NCBI RefSeq assembly: GCF_035084215.1
Contig: NC_090335.1
Coordinates: 47,988,001 to 48,052,000, forward strand
Direction of reading: 5' to 3'
Source: Heptranchias perlo
Taxonomy: Eukaryota
DNA length: 64,000 nucleotides
Part shown: piece after piece, positions 1 to 12,600 of the stretch
How positions within the stretch are numbered: the stretch's first letter is position 1
Layout: each line of letters opens with the position of its first letter
Translations under genes and position numbers: made by a program
Notes under the pieces: model-generated
What the model saw: only the letters and a program-made list of their open reading frames with translations
What the model was told of the DNA's origin: nothing
Databases searched by the model: none

Positions 1-83
1 TTCCTGCCGCTCTGGTAAACTCTTACTCTTGCTCTCACTCCGTCCTGTTTTTATCCCCGCTCCGCTCTCACTGTTTCCCGCTG

Positions 84-600
84 CTTTTACCTAAGGAAGG
101 ATATACTTGTCTTAGAGGTGCAACGAAGGTTCACTAGATTGATTTCTGGGATGAGAGGGTTGTCCTATGAGGAAAGATTAAGTAGAATGGGCCCATACTC
201 TCTGGAGTTTAGAAGAGAGGTGATCTAATTAAAACATGTAAGATTCTTAGAGGGCTTGATAGGGCAGAGGCTGAGAGGTTGTTTCCCCTGGCTAGAAAGT
301 CTAGAACCAGGGGGCATAGTCTCAGGATAAGACATTTAGGACTGAGATGAGGAGGAATTTCTTCACTCAGAGGGTTGTGAATATTTGGAATTCTCTACCC
401 CAGAGGGCTGTGGATGCATAGTCATTGAGTATATTCAAGACTGAGATCGATAGATTTTTGGACTCAATGGGAATGAAGGGATATGGGGATCGGGCAGGAA
501 AGTGGAGTTGAGGTCGAAGATCAGCCATGATCTTAATGAATGGCGGAGCATGCATGACGGGCTGTGTGGCCTACTCCTGCTCCTATTTCATATGTTTCTT
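84..600 (+). mobile_element. CR1 LINE 3' fragment
   Basis: [36 protein letters not shown]-like coding remnant followed by the CR1 3' UTR. Confidence 0.85.
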
Positions 601-949
601 ATGAAGGGCAGGGAGTACTCCATGTGCTGGCCACGTTCGTTCCTCAACCACCACCACCAAAAAATAGATTAACTGGTCATTCATTTTATTTTCCGTTTGT
701 GTGATCTTGCTGAGTTTGTTTATGTAACAGCTGTGACTGCTCTTCAAAGGTAATGCTTGAAATGTGCTATATAAATGCAAACTTTCTGATTCAGATATAA
801 TATGGGTGCCCTTCTACTCTGCTACAACTAGTATCTTAACTCCAACCTTCCCTTCCACCCGTCCTCCATAACATTGCAAATTTTTCATTTATCACACCAG
901 CTGCCATTATAGCCTTTCTAGGTTTGTCATATGTAGACAAAAAGCTAGA

Positions 950-1165
950 TTGTGGAAACCTGAAACAAAAACAAAATGCTGGAAACTGCAGGTTTTTAAT
1001 TTGCTGACTTACCTGTGAATCCACTTGGGCTATTTTTCTGTTAAAGATGATCTATGAATGCAAGTTATTGTCAGGCAGGAAAGAGCAGACGAGATAACAT
1101 TTCAGGTGTGGACCCTTCATCTGAAATTCTGATGAAAGGTCCACATGTGAAATATCAACCAAATT
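950..1165. mobile_element. Degenerate inverted-repeat element with a decayed hammerhead core (Penelope-derived family)
   Basis: aaatgctggaaa...tttcaggtgtggacccttcatc / ttctgatgaaaggtccacatgtgaaa; same family as 46305-46557. Confidence 0.5.
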
Positions 1166-1979
1166 GTAGGTAGTTTTCTGTAGTAAGCACATGCTCTTGG
1201 GAATTGTGTTGAGACTGAAACACTTGGAACCCTTACAGCTAGAGAGGAGACTCGGCCATTATTTTGGGCTGGATTCTAACCCAGGTCCTAGAAGTGAAAG
1301 GATAGTGCAACACTTTCACTACATCACCCTTTCAGTTATTATAGTATCCTTACCCGTGTACATTTGACTTGAAATTAAGATCGCAAAGCCCCAGTTGACA
1401 AAAGTTAATGGTTTTTAACGTTTTAAATTGTCTGCCAGAGAATATTTTATGGCCCCCCCCCCATGTTGAATGATTTTATGGCCATAGGCTGACTGGTTAA
1501 CTGGAATACAATGAGTGGAGATATGTATTTTCAACTGGAATTAATATTTCTAATCTGAGAGAAACTAGTCTAAATTGCTTTGTGATATTAGTTTTGTCAC
1601 AGTGATGCTGTAGCTGTTGTATAGGATTTTTATTTCTAGTGGTATTTCTCTAGACAAGTGTTACAGAACAAAGTGTGCTTACTGTGCTTCGTCAGCACAT
1701 GAATCTGTTGCGGATGGTTTGTAAAACACTTGTACAGGGGGTTCCCTGCTTGTGAACATAGTGCAGTAAGTGTGCCGTGTTACTGAAATTACTTCACTAA
1801 TCTGGCGAAAGAGGAATTTAATTGTTTGAGTTTAGTTTCCAGGAAAAAGAAAGCCACGATGTTCTGGGCCAGTGGGAAAGTTAGAGAAGACATCGATTAG
1901 CAATCACTAGTTCAGGAAAGCACTGAAGCTTTGTTGCTGGATCCAATAAAAGGTTGGAACTATTGTCTGTAGGTACAAT

Positions 1980-2707
1980 AGGCTGGATTTTGCTGTGAGC
2001 GGCGAACAAAAGCGCCAGCCCTTCATTAGGCTTGCACGGCAAGTTACTGTAAGTTAGAGACCCATTCAGCACGGCACCCTCTACAGGGCATCTAGGACCT
2101 GTGTGAACAGGACAAGCAACTGTGTGCCTCCTTAACCAATCAGATTGAAGAATCATTAATGAGCAGCAGAGAGACTGAACCAGGAAGTGCAAGTGAGAAT
2201 AGTAAATTCAATATCAAATCAGGTACAGAAAGCAAAATAAAGAGAAGGAAAGAAAGATTGGATTAAGAGACAGCAAGAAAAGGTAAGAACTTTTTAAAAA
2301 AAAAGAAATGTCCAACAATAATTAAAAGCTGAAGGAATGAGACTCCACACTTGTAAAAGTAAATTTTCAGTGCCAGAGAGGTTGTTTGGCAGTAATTAAG
2401 ACTTACCACACCATTAAAAGGGTACTTATACTGGAATGGACAAGCCCTAATTTTTTTTGGCGAGTTTAGTTTGTATCTATGAGGTAAGTACAGGAACTTC
2501 ACGTTGTCCAATGTATTTGAATGGTGAGTCAGACTGCGAGATGCCGTTTTCGCACAGCTTTTTGGAGGAGTAGGGCATCTCGGACAACTTCCAGATTTCC
2601 GCGTTTAACTGCGCATGTACGGTTGCTGGAAGTTACTGTCCGATTTGCACATAAATAACGGTGAGCGCTGTTATCCTCACCGTTATTTTTACAACAAAAT
2701 CCAGCCC
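1980..2707. mobile_element. Non-autonomous Harbinger-like element (MITE)
   Basis: TIRs (a/g)ggctggattttg ... caaaatccagccc; AAT on both flanks (3-bp TSD). Confidence 0.75.
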
Positions 2708-3044
2708 AATATGTAGGAAGTGCAGTAAGTACAAGGACTCAAGTATGTAAAAGTTTGGAGTAAAGAATTTACATGTTTTGATTCAAACAGAAGCAGATTT
2801 TAGATTTTAGAATTACATGTGATGTTCCAACCAGGTGCAGTGAGTCTGAAAGTTATACATGAGTGCTTTTTATGTTTCAGTGCTGACTTGATTTCAAACT
2901 TGTCAGTGCTGTTTTGGTTGATTTAAAATACTTTAATAGTGCAACTGAATGAAATGTGCCTTCAAAGCAGTATAGTCTATTAAAATGAATGAATTCTTAT
3001 TTAAATTTCTTTAAGAAGCATATGCTGCACCTTGTAATTGTCAG

Positions 3045-3477
3045 CCATTGCTCAGTGCTAGCACTCTTGCCTCCTGAGTCAGAAGGCTGTGGGTTCAAGT
3101 TCCACTCCAAAGACTAGAGCACAAAATCTAGAAGGAGATGCTGCACTGTCGGAGGTGCCATCTTTCGAATGAGACGTTAAAACGAGGTCCGTCTGCCCTC
3201 TCAGGTGGACGTAAAAGATCTCATGGCATTGTTCGAAGAATAGCAGGGGAGTTCTTCCTGGTGTCATTGCCAATATTTATCCCTCAACCAACTTCACCAA
3301 ACAAAACAGATTATCTGGTCATTATCACATTGCTGTTTGTGGGACCTTGCTCTGTGCAAATTGCCTGCCATGGTTCCTACATTACAATATTGACAACACT
3401 TCAAAAGTCCTTAATTGGCTGTGAAGCGCTTTGGGACGTCCTGAGGTCGTGAAAGGTGCTATATAAATGGAAGTCTT
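3045..3477 (+). mobile_element. tRNA-derived Deu-domain SINE (SacSINE1/AmnSINE1-like), full length
   Basis: A/B-box-like head (gctcagtg...ggttcaagt), Deu-like core (gcactgtcggaggtgcc..aggtggacgtaaaagatc) and tail gtgaaaggtgctatataaat. Partial copies at ~605-785, 3900-4130, 30480-30720(-) and 36290-36410. Confidence 0.8.
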
Positions 3478-3535
3478 TTTCATGTCTTCACTCTAACTCT
3501 TTTCTTGATTGTGTGTGTTCTCGTGTTTCTTGCAG

Positions 3536-3647
3536 GAACCTTGTGTTTGCTGAAGACAGGAGTGAGAGATGGAGCCACCAAAGGAAAGAGTTTCTATCTG
3601 TGCGGAAACCAGCATAGCTCACCGTGTGCATTCACGCAGCTTGCTGA
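3536..3647 (+). CDS. TTF2: TTF2 exon 2 (GRF zinc finger)
   Basis: tgcag|[37 protein letters not shown]|gtatgt. Confidence 0.92.
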
Positions 3648-6600
3648 GTATGTATTGCTTGTTCTGGATCACAATATAGAGGAGGAAGTAGGAGTTATGT
3701 TTTGTTGAGAAATTTTTGAGTTGATACATTTTACTCAAAGATGCAATCTTTAGAATCCAGTTAGAAATTTTTGGAGCCAAGCAATGTGGAGATTCGCAGG
3801 TTGCAAGTGTTGGCAATACTGTAACTGAAAATTTAGTGAATTTAAGCACCATACAAACTTCTGTCATTGGTCAGAACATTTGTGCCTGTGACCATTTCAA
3901 GGCCCTGTAGTGATTTAGAAAATAGGGGAAATTTTCCAGGTGCCCTGACCAACATTTATCCCTTAACTAACATCATGAAAAACCGATTAACTGGTCATTT
4001 ATCTCATTGATGTTTGGGACACTTTGCAAATTGTCTGCCACATTTGCCGATAAAACAACAGTGTCTGTACTTCAAGCAGTGTCTGTACTGTAAAGCACTT
4101 TGGGATGTCCCGAGGATGTGAAAGACGCTTGTTACAAATTTCAGATCTGCCTAAAATATTCTCTCGGGTTCAGCGGTGCTGGTTATTCCTGTGAGCGGTT
4201 CCCACGTCTTGTGTTTAGGGACATGTCTATATCTAATTATACAATAGCATAACCTGGGGGTGTAACAATAGGACCCCTTTGTGATCCGAACCAGATAGAG
4301 ACTTTTGCATGTGCCATTTCCCAGTCTTTCAGTTGATGGACTGAGAAATACTTTAGTGAGAAGAAGTCAGATATGAATCACTAAGATGCTTTATTTTACA
4401 GACAGCAAGTGAGCATACAGAGTAACAGGTCTAATCAAATTTCACCTTAATCTATCTCATTTTAGTTCCTGTCTCGTGATTAACAAAATGCTACTATTTA
4501 GTTAACTCCAGATGATAAGGGTGAGGTTGGTGGGTGGGATGTATTAAAGCTATGTAGACAAATTTGTGGAATATTGCTATTTGCATACCACTTTAAGCTG
4601 AGGCAGTAAGAGTCAATAAACTCATCCCAGACTCATTGGGCTCGATTTTAGCACCCGCGATCGGGTGCGTTGGTGGCGGGGGGCTGCGAAAATCGGGGAT
4701 TCCCGGGGCGGGTCGGGAGCGCGGTTCCAACCCGCCCACTTCAGGGTTTCCCATTGACGTGCTCACATGCGCGCGCAGCCCCCGCATGTGGGACTCCCGC
4801 CGGCAATTAAAGCCAGTGGGGTGCCACTTAAGGTATTTATTTAGGTATTTCAGGTCGTTTAGAGACCTGATTAACATGATATTTTAGGAGGGGTGGGATT
4901 TTGCAAACAACTAGGACTGTTTCCCGTACTGGGGGAAACACTTCCAGTTGAAATGGACTTGTTGCAGCCATCAGCCTGTGGCAGCTGCAAAGGTCCATTT
5001 GACAGGTGTGGGGGGAGACCCTCACTCATTGCAGGAGGCCACTCTGTCACTTTGGACAAAGTTTGGCCTCCACCACCCTCCCCCTAACAATAAAATTCAC
5101 CAACTTGCACACTTACCCCGGTGTCCAGACACATTTACCTACCTTGCGGACCCCCTCAAATGTACATCTTCCGGATGGGGGCCGCCGTAGCTGCAGTCAT
5201 GACCTCCTCGGAGGACGAACAGCATCACCAGCCTCGTCGGCCACGCCGTCCACCTCTGACACGTGGAGCTCCACAACACAGTGCTGTGACACATCCATCT
5301 GCACAGCAGGAGGGAGGGCAACCACAGAGAGAGATGCGTCGCAGAGGGCACTACCCTCGCCACAGGGTCCACAGACCGGGGCTCAGCTTCCTGGACCTCT
5401 CTGAGCAGCAGTGCACACGGAGGCTCAGAGTCACTCGACATGTAGTCGTGGACATCTGCAGCCTCCTTCATGCCGAGCTGCTCCCGGCTGGCCCGAGCAC
5501 CATCTTCTTACCTGTCGCTGTCAAAGTCACCACTGCCCTCAACAACTTCTCCTCCGCATCCTTCCAGGGTGCCACCGGGGACATCACCAACGTCTCTCAG
5601 TCGTCTGCACAAAAGAGCCCTGCAAATACACCTACACCCACTCTGCAGTGACACAATGGGTGGCATCAGTTGTGGGTCTTCATTGCGATCCTCAGGAAAG
5701 GGCATTATTGCACAAACCAGACAAGATTCGCAAAGACATGGCAGTAGTGGTGCCAATATAATATGTAATGTGAGTTGATCAGAAATTAAATATAAGTAAA
5801 AACCATGACAAACCCTGAAACACCCTTGTGCATCCCCTTCATGCTTATGACACGTTTGCCTTACGCTTCCTACTGCACATATATGATGCATGCCCTGTGG
5901 CTGCAGCACAGGTAGTGGCAGGTTGAGTGAGGCTGACTGTGAAAGAGATGCATGAGAGGGTGAGTATGAGATAGAGCCATGAGATTGTAAGAAGATTGGG
6001 TTGGGTGGTAGTGGCGGGCTGAGTACTGGCGAGGTGAGTAAGTGCAGGTAAGATGAGGATTAGATTTGAGTGGGTGTGAGGGGTGATGTGACAGAGTAGT
6101 GTTGGCTGTGCAGAAGGAGATGTGGGGTGGGGGCGGTGATGTGGCAGACAGAGTGTAGGGGAATGAGTAAGCGTACTCACTTTGGCTGACCTACTTAGGC
6201 CGTTGCAGCGCCTCCTGCACTGTATGCAGGTGCGTGATATGTTAGTGGTGCTGGTGACCTCCCCTGCCTTCTTGGTGGCAGAGGCAGGCCGCTTCCTCCC
6301 GCCCGCCGGGGGAAAGATCTCTGTCCTCCCCCTCCTCCTCACCCCATCCAATAAGAGCTGGAGTGAGGCATCATTAATCTGGGAGCAGCCTTCCCCCTGG
6401 GCTGCTCCATGCTGTAATATTTCCTATTTCTTGCAGCATCAGTCAGTGGAGGACTGCCCCTTTAAATAGCGCTCCTCCAGCTGACAGACCTTACTGCGCA
6501 TGCTCTGTCACACTACTCCGTCACATCACTCCTCACACCCACTCAAACCTCATCCTCATCTTTCCTGCACTTACTCACCTCGCCAGCTTAGCAGTGGGAA

Positions 6601-9600
6601 ACCCAGAAGATCAGGTAAGTGGATCCAATCAGCCTGCGATTGTGCGCGGAGCAGACTGATTTCACCGGGCGCGTTACCCACGCGCCCAATCGACCCCCCG
6701 ACGCCATGGTAATATCGGGCCCGTTATGTCAAGATGGTCCCATTCATTCTGAGAATAGTAGTAGATAGTTTCTAGGGACACACACCCAGGTGTGTGGAGG
6801 GTACGGTAATAGGCTTGGTCAGCACCTCTGGCCCACTCGAGATGGGGAGGGATCGGGAATCAAGCCCCAACAAGAGGATAAAGATCCACTGTTGCTTGTT
6901 AGCAGGCTGAAAAAAATTACTTTTCTTAGTCTTTTTTCTCTGGAACCTAGCCAGCTATCTAAGCCAAGGTTGGCTTTCTTCTTAAAGGTGACCTGCCTGG
7001 ACCTTACTGGCTTCCCTCTCAGCAGACCTCACCAACTGATTGACCAGCACATGGGTCTTTATTCTCTTGTTTCCTAACCCACATGAAGTTGGGGTTTGAT
7101 TCCCGATCCCTCCCCCTGTCTTGAGTGGGCCAGAGCTGCTGATCAAGCCTATTACCGTACCCTCCACACCCCCGGGTGTGTGTCCCTAGAAATCTGTCTC
7201 CTGCTAGTCTCAGAATGAAAGGGACCATCTTGACATAATGGGCTCAATTTTAACTGTGAAAAGCAGGAGGGTTGGGGGTGGGGGGGCATTGAAAATTGCT
7301 ACCATTTCAGACCCGCCTCCAACCCGGACATTTCCGGTTTTCACTAGGGTGGGAAGAGGGGCAGGTGACCAACCTGCTCCTAGGAGGTGGGTCGGGCCTT
7401 TAAATCTTTCAAGGTGGCTTCGGGCCTACATTTTTCTGGACTTCCCGATTGCAACCCCAGGGGGGCTGGGATTCCCAGGCCTTCTGTTTCACGCCTCGTG
7501 AAAGGAGGTGAGAAGGCCCGAGACTAACAGGTAGGTGCCTAGAAAGGCACAGCTTGTGAGCCCGGAGGAGCAGCAGTGCTTCCCCCAGGCCCAACAAGCC
7601 TACCTGCACTGACCCCCTAAGGATCGCGGATCCCCAACCCCAATCCTCCCCCTCAACGATCGTGGACCCCTGCGATGACCCCTGATCCTGACAGCACCCC
7701 TCCCCCGGTGACGGACCCCCGATCCCTCCCCCCATGACTCGCGATCTCCGTGCCTCCTGTGCGCGCACGCCCCCCCCCCCTGGCATCCATACAAACAAAG
7801 ACTTACCTGCAGACTTACCTGAACACATCCTCTCCCTGGCTGGTCTCCCATCCGACTGAGACCTGCCTGTCGTTCAGGCCAGTCAGTTGGACGGGAAACC
7901 GACAAAAAAAAATTGTCTACATAGCTTTAATACACATTTCCTCCCCCCTCTCCCCAACCTCATCCTTATCCTCTGGAGTTAACTAAATAGTAGCATTTTT
8001 AACATGAATTAAACTAAGATACTCCCATGGCGAACTGGTCAGAAATCCCAAAAAGCACCAGTGCTGGATAAATGTAAGTTCTTTCTTTCAATTGTAGCAT
8101 CAAAATTCATCTTTATTTAAAAATAGTGACAGTTACATCATGAATGCTGCACATATACAAAGCCAAATATAATGCTCCTACCACGCCCTCAGTTGGGACT
8201 ATAAGTAAATTTTTGGTGAAGTAGTTTCATTTAGAGCATTTATTTTTAGTTACCCCCTGTTTCCTCTGATACTGCGGCTCCCACTAACAGTTACTGTAAT
8301 GGCTATATGTTTTCTGCACTAAGTCACTCTATTGTCTTTCTTTCCCAGTATTCCTGTGTCTCACTGCCTGGTACACGAAGACTCAATTGTAGAACTTCAG
8401 GCAATCTCTAGAAAATCAGACACCCAGTCTTATCGGTATGATTTACTATTCCTATTGTGTAAGCAACTCCACTTGATATTTCCCATAATGAGCAATGAAA
8501 TCAACATGATACTGAATCCTTTTGTGTTTCTTATCCTGAGGGGCAGGAGAGTGGGAGAATGATGTCATTTTTACATTGGGATGTTAGTACTTGCGCATTT
8601 TTCTTATAGCTTTGCATCTTGAAACTTGTTCTAGTGGCTGAGACGCATTTACCTAGTAGGCCAGCATAGTTTCTTGTTCATACCAGGATTTGGATCTTTC
8701 TATCCTATGGATATGATCTCTTTTCCCAGTGGAGTGAGCTGGATGTGATGCATAGCCTTTTCTAATTTCTAAGTTTGGCCATTCAGCCAGAGGACATAAT
8801 TTAAATAAACACTGTCAAGACATTCTTGTCATTGTGAATTACTCCAACAAAGCACCATAAAAATTGTTTTCTCTCTGTGGTTCCATGATAGAATCACTCT
8901 TGTGTGCATAGCACAGCAGGTAGCTCCATCACTGGAATTGGTTCTGTCTTCTTCCATACATAGAGCCTATGATATGAAAGCATATGTTCGCTAATTGGAA
9001 GGAAATTTAATAATTTCCCTCCCAGAGCAGGAATAATGAAAGTGTGATTGAGGCACAGCATTTGCAATCGATTTTGATTTGTAATGTTTGTCTTATGCTC
9101 TTCCTGTAGGTTATATTATCGCTGTGTGAAAGGGAAGGCAGATAAACTGAAATGGTGTGGAAATGTGCCCTGGCAGGTATGGATATTTGATAGAAGTTTG
9201 TACTATAGCATTTGGCAGTAGTTAAGATGTTGTAATGTTGATAACCCATTATATTAACACCAGAAACTAAAGGCATGGAGTATCATTATTTTAAGGAGTT
9301 GTGGTTCTTAATATTGCATTTTTGGACTGGTGTTAAAATAAGGTACTGGATAAAAATAGATTTAAAAACGTTACCTGCACATCAACTCTGCTGTCTGAAC
9401 AGAGAGCATTTGATGCTTGCACGAGATGCAGAAATGGAAAAATGTTCCCCCAGCACTGACACTCCTCACTTTAATAAGAAAAGATACAGATATTATATTC
9501 CACATGGATTTATTCAGCTGGGTTTTCACATAAGGTGCAGCTTTTCATTTTTAATAAAAAGTAGATTCTCTCCAATATGCGTTCATTTTTTGGACATGCC

Positions 9601-12600
9601 CAAGAAATATTACTTGTTAATATTTCTGTTTTTCAGGAACCAAATTCAAAGCTGTCATCAACCGAAAGAAATGCCCATCATGTTGCAGGGCAGCCCCACC
9701 ATCTTAAGAAGCAAGAACGAAATCCTTTCCGAGTTCCAAGTGAGAATGCGAAGCCATCAATGTGGAAAGTTGCCACTGATAGCTGTACTAGCGAAGAGAC
9801 TGAGTCTGAAAGAAACAAGAAGCATAATGAGGATGTAGGCGAGACGTTGAAGTTGAATGGTTTGCCAGTAAGTGATGAGGTAGCGAAGAAGTCTCATGAT
9901 GGATTCAAGATCAAGGAAAAGTTATCTGGTGAGGCTAAAAAACTTGCTGTTAAGGACTCCGAGTCCCAAAAAGAAGCAATTCATCAGCTTAAGTGTGATG
10001 CCAGAACTGAATCTAGCAGAAAGGAGAAAGGTCACAGTTTACCATGTTTAAAACCATTAGGCTCCATGACACCTGACAAAGGAAAATTATCAAAGCCATC
10101 CCAGACAAAAGAGAAGAATGAAGTGCAATTAGGATCTGAGAAAGAGCATGTTCATAAAGAATTATCTAAGCGCTCATCACACAACGGAAATGCTGCAACC
10201 ATCGGCAGTGCACACTTGGAAGGGGAACAACTAAAGGACAGACAAGCATCAAGCAATAAAAATGAATGTAGTTGTGAAAATGAAAAGTCAAGTACCACTC
10301 AAAAATGCTGTATGACCAGGATACCCCGACAGACCCAACCAAAAAATACTCAGGAAAACCTCTCAGAACAGACACAAGGAGCCATAGTTGAACACAGTGC
10401 TACTGGACGCTGTTCAGTTCTTTCTACATATAGCACTGATTCAAATAGGAAAATAAATGAGGAAAGTAAATCATATGGACAAATTCAGGCTGAGGCACCT
10501 GTTAGTATTGGAGGAGAAAACAGCCATACCACATTAGAGCAAAGTATGCCCAGCAGTCAGTCAGCATCCAAGCAGACAGCAGCTACGAAGAAACCAAATA
10601 TAAGTAATGGACAGAGAACAATCACAACCTTTCCTGGATTTGAGTATGCCTCAGCCCCTGTGGAAACCAAGAAAGCTGTGGCACTGCACAACCAGCTGAC
10701 TGCTCAACTTAAACAGAAAAAGGTAACAGTCATGAGCAGAGGGAACATAAAGGGACAGTGATATTATGTGATTTTTATCATTCTTTGGGATGTGGGCATT
10801 GCTGGCAAGGCTAGCACTTATTGCTCATCCCTAGTTGCCCTTGAGAAGGTGGTGGTGGGCCTTTTTGAACAGTTGCACTCCATGTGGTGAAGGTACTCCC
10901 GAAATGCTGTTGGGTAGGGAATTACAGGAGTTTGAGCCAGTGACAATGAAAGAATAGCAATATAGTCCAAGTCAGGATGGTGTGTGACTTGGAGGGGATC
11001 ATGGAGGCGATGGTGTTTCCATGTACCTGGCGACTTGCTGCAGCACATCCTGTAGATAGTATTTTATCAATAAATGATCTCAGGTAGGGAATTAAGTGCA
11101 CAGACTATAGATATATTATGTTACTGGGAATACAATCTGAGTTTAAATTTCATCTGCAGTGTTGATGAGGTTAATGTAGGAATCCACAATTGTAGAAAGA
11201 TTCTTCTCAAAAGCAAAAGGAAGGTGGCACATAAAACAGGTGATGTAAAGTTTTTAAAAATTGTATATTTTTTAAACTGATTTGTTCTGAAACCATATTT
11301 TTTCTCATACACACGGACCTATTCAAAATAGGAGCATTTCAGTATACTGCAGATAGTTTTATGAATGGATATTTTCATGTTCAACATAAATTATGTGAAA
11401 ATCTTGTTATTTTGAACTGGGGGAACCTGGAGGATTCAATTTTGTATTAATACTATTCTGTGTTTATAGAATAGCTTTAATTATAGGGAAATATCAGAAA
11501 TAATCCACTGAATTCTTAAATCAAGGAATATTAGAAAATGTTAATTTTTGTAATTCCTATTTCCCATCTTTCTTTGTTTATCATCTGTTGACATGACAAC
11601 CATCACACATGCTTCCCCTTCAATCAGGATGGTGAAGTAACTTGGGTGTGGACATATCTCTAGCTGATTTTTAATATCACTTCTTTGTTAATCAGTATAA
11701 GTGTAGGGTTGCAAATGTACCAATGTCGACGTTAACCTGCCTTGCTTCTAACTGGGAGTCCTCCATCTAGCAGAATGGCTGAGAGTTGACTTTACCATCT
11801 GATTGAAGTCGGCACAGTCGACTTACATTAAAATCTGGTAAGCAGATCTTCTGCTTTCTGGTTTGAGAGGTAGGAATGGTGACTTTGGAACTGCAACGCC
11901 AATTGGTATGCTAACTGCTATTAATTCCAAGGTGGGTTTCAAATGGCGTGTAATTCTCTCTATACTGGTTAGTTATCAATTTGTTACATTCTGTTAAATT
12001 CGTAACATGCCTGTTTTGATAATTCAGTAACACAATTTGCTACATTCGTGATTGGCCAACCGGAAATAAATACTTCCTGTTTAAATTTAGGAAGAAAAAT
12101 GATAGGAATAATAATGCTTGTCAGTATTGCCGTTTTCATGTCTAAATATTTAATTTTTCAGAATACTCTGCGAACAGTGAATGTTGCTGCCCTCCCTGAT
12201 AAAGGTCAGAGGTTAATAAATCAGGTCAAAGACCTGGAGGATGCTCTCGGTGCACTGTGCTTGTCTGCTACAGATGAAAAGGAGAAAGGTACTATGTTGA
12301 GCTCGCTAAAATTAATGACTAGATTTTCTTGAATGGGTGAGCAGGACATTTTCAAAGTTACCGGAGCTTTTTTATACTGTGTTAATTTAAATCTAATCAT
12401 CTTGGATGAATCATTGCTGAGCCTTCTGATTTTTAATTTTAGAATTGATTCCACCAAAAGAATAAGTTTGTTACTTCTTTTGAATTCCAAATTCTGCAGT
12501 CTACACATAATGGGCATCAGTTTATGAGTTCATCCTGCCAGCAGGGAGCTTCACCCACTTGAACATAAGAACAGGAGTAGGTCATTCAGCCCCTCGAGCA

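Larger units (their letters stand above)
4453..8021. mobile_element. Foldback / long inverted-repeat element interrupted by two Harbinger insertions
   Basis: Outer arms ~4453-4565 and ~7908-8021 are reverse complements, as are inner arms 6724-6869 and 7090-7238. Confidence 0.75.

Noticed and set aside
3045-3120. tRNA gene
   Set aside because: The A/B-box-like sequence is the head of a SINE and continues into the SINE body
5121-5651. Domesticated HARBI1-like host gene
   Set aside because: Lies inside TIRs and is truncated before the DDE catalytic region, so it is a transposon remnant
9577-10761. 394-aa ORF as a standalone novel gene
   Set aside because: It has splice sites in phase with flanking TTF2 exons and is the long linker exon 5
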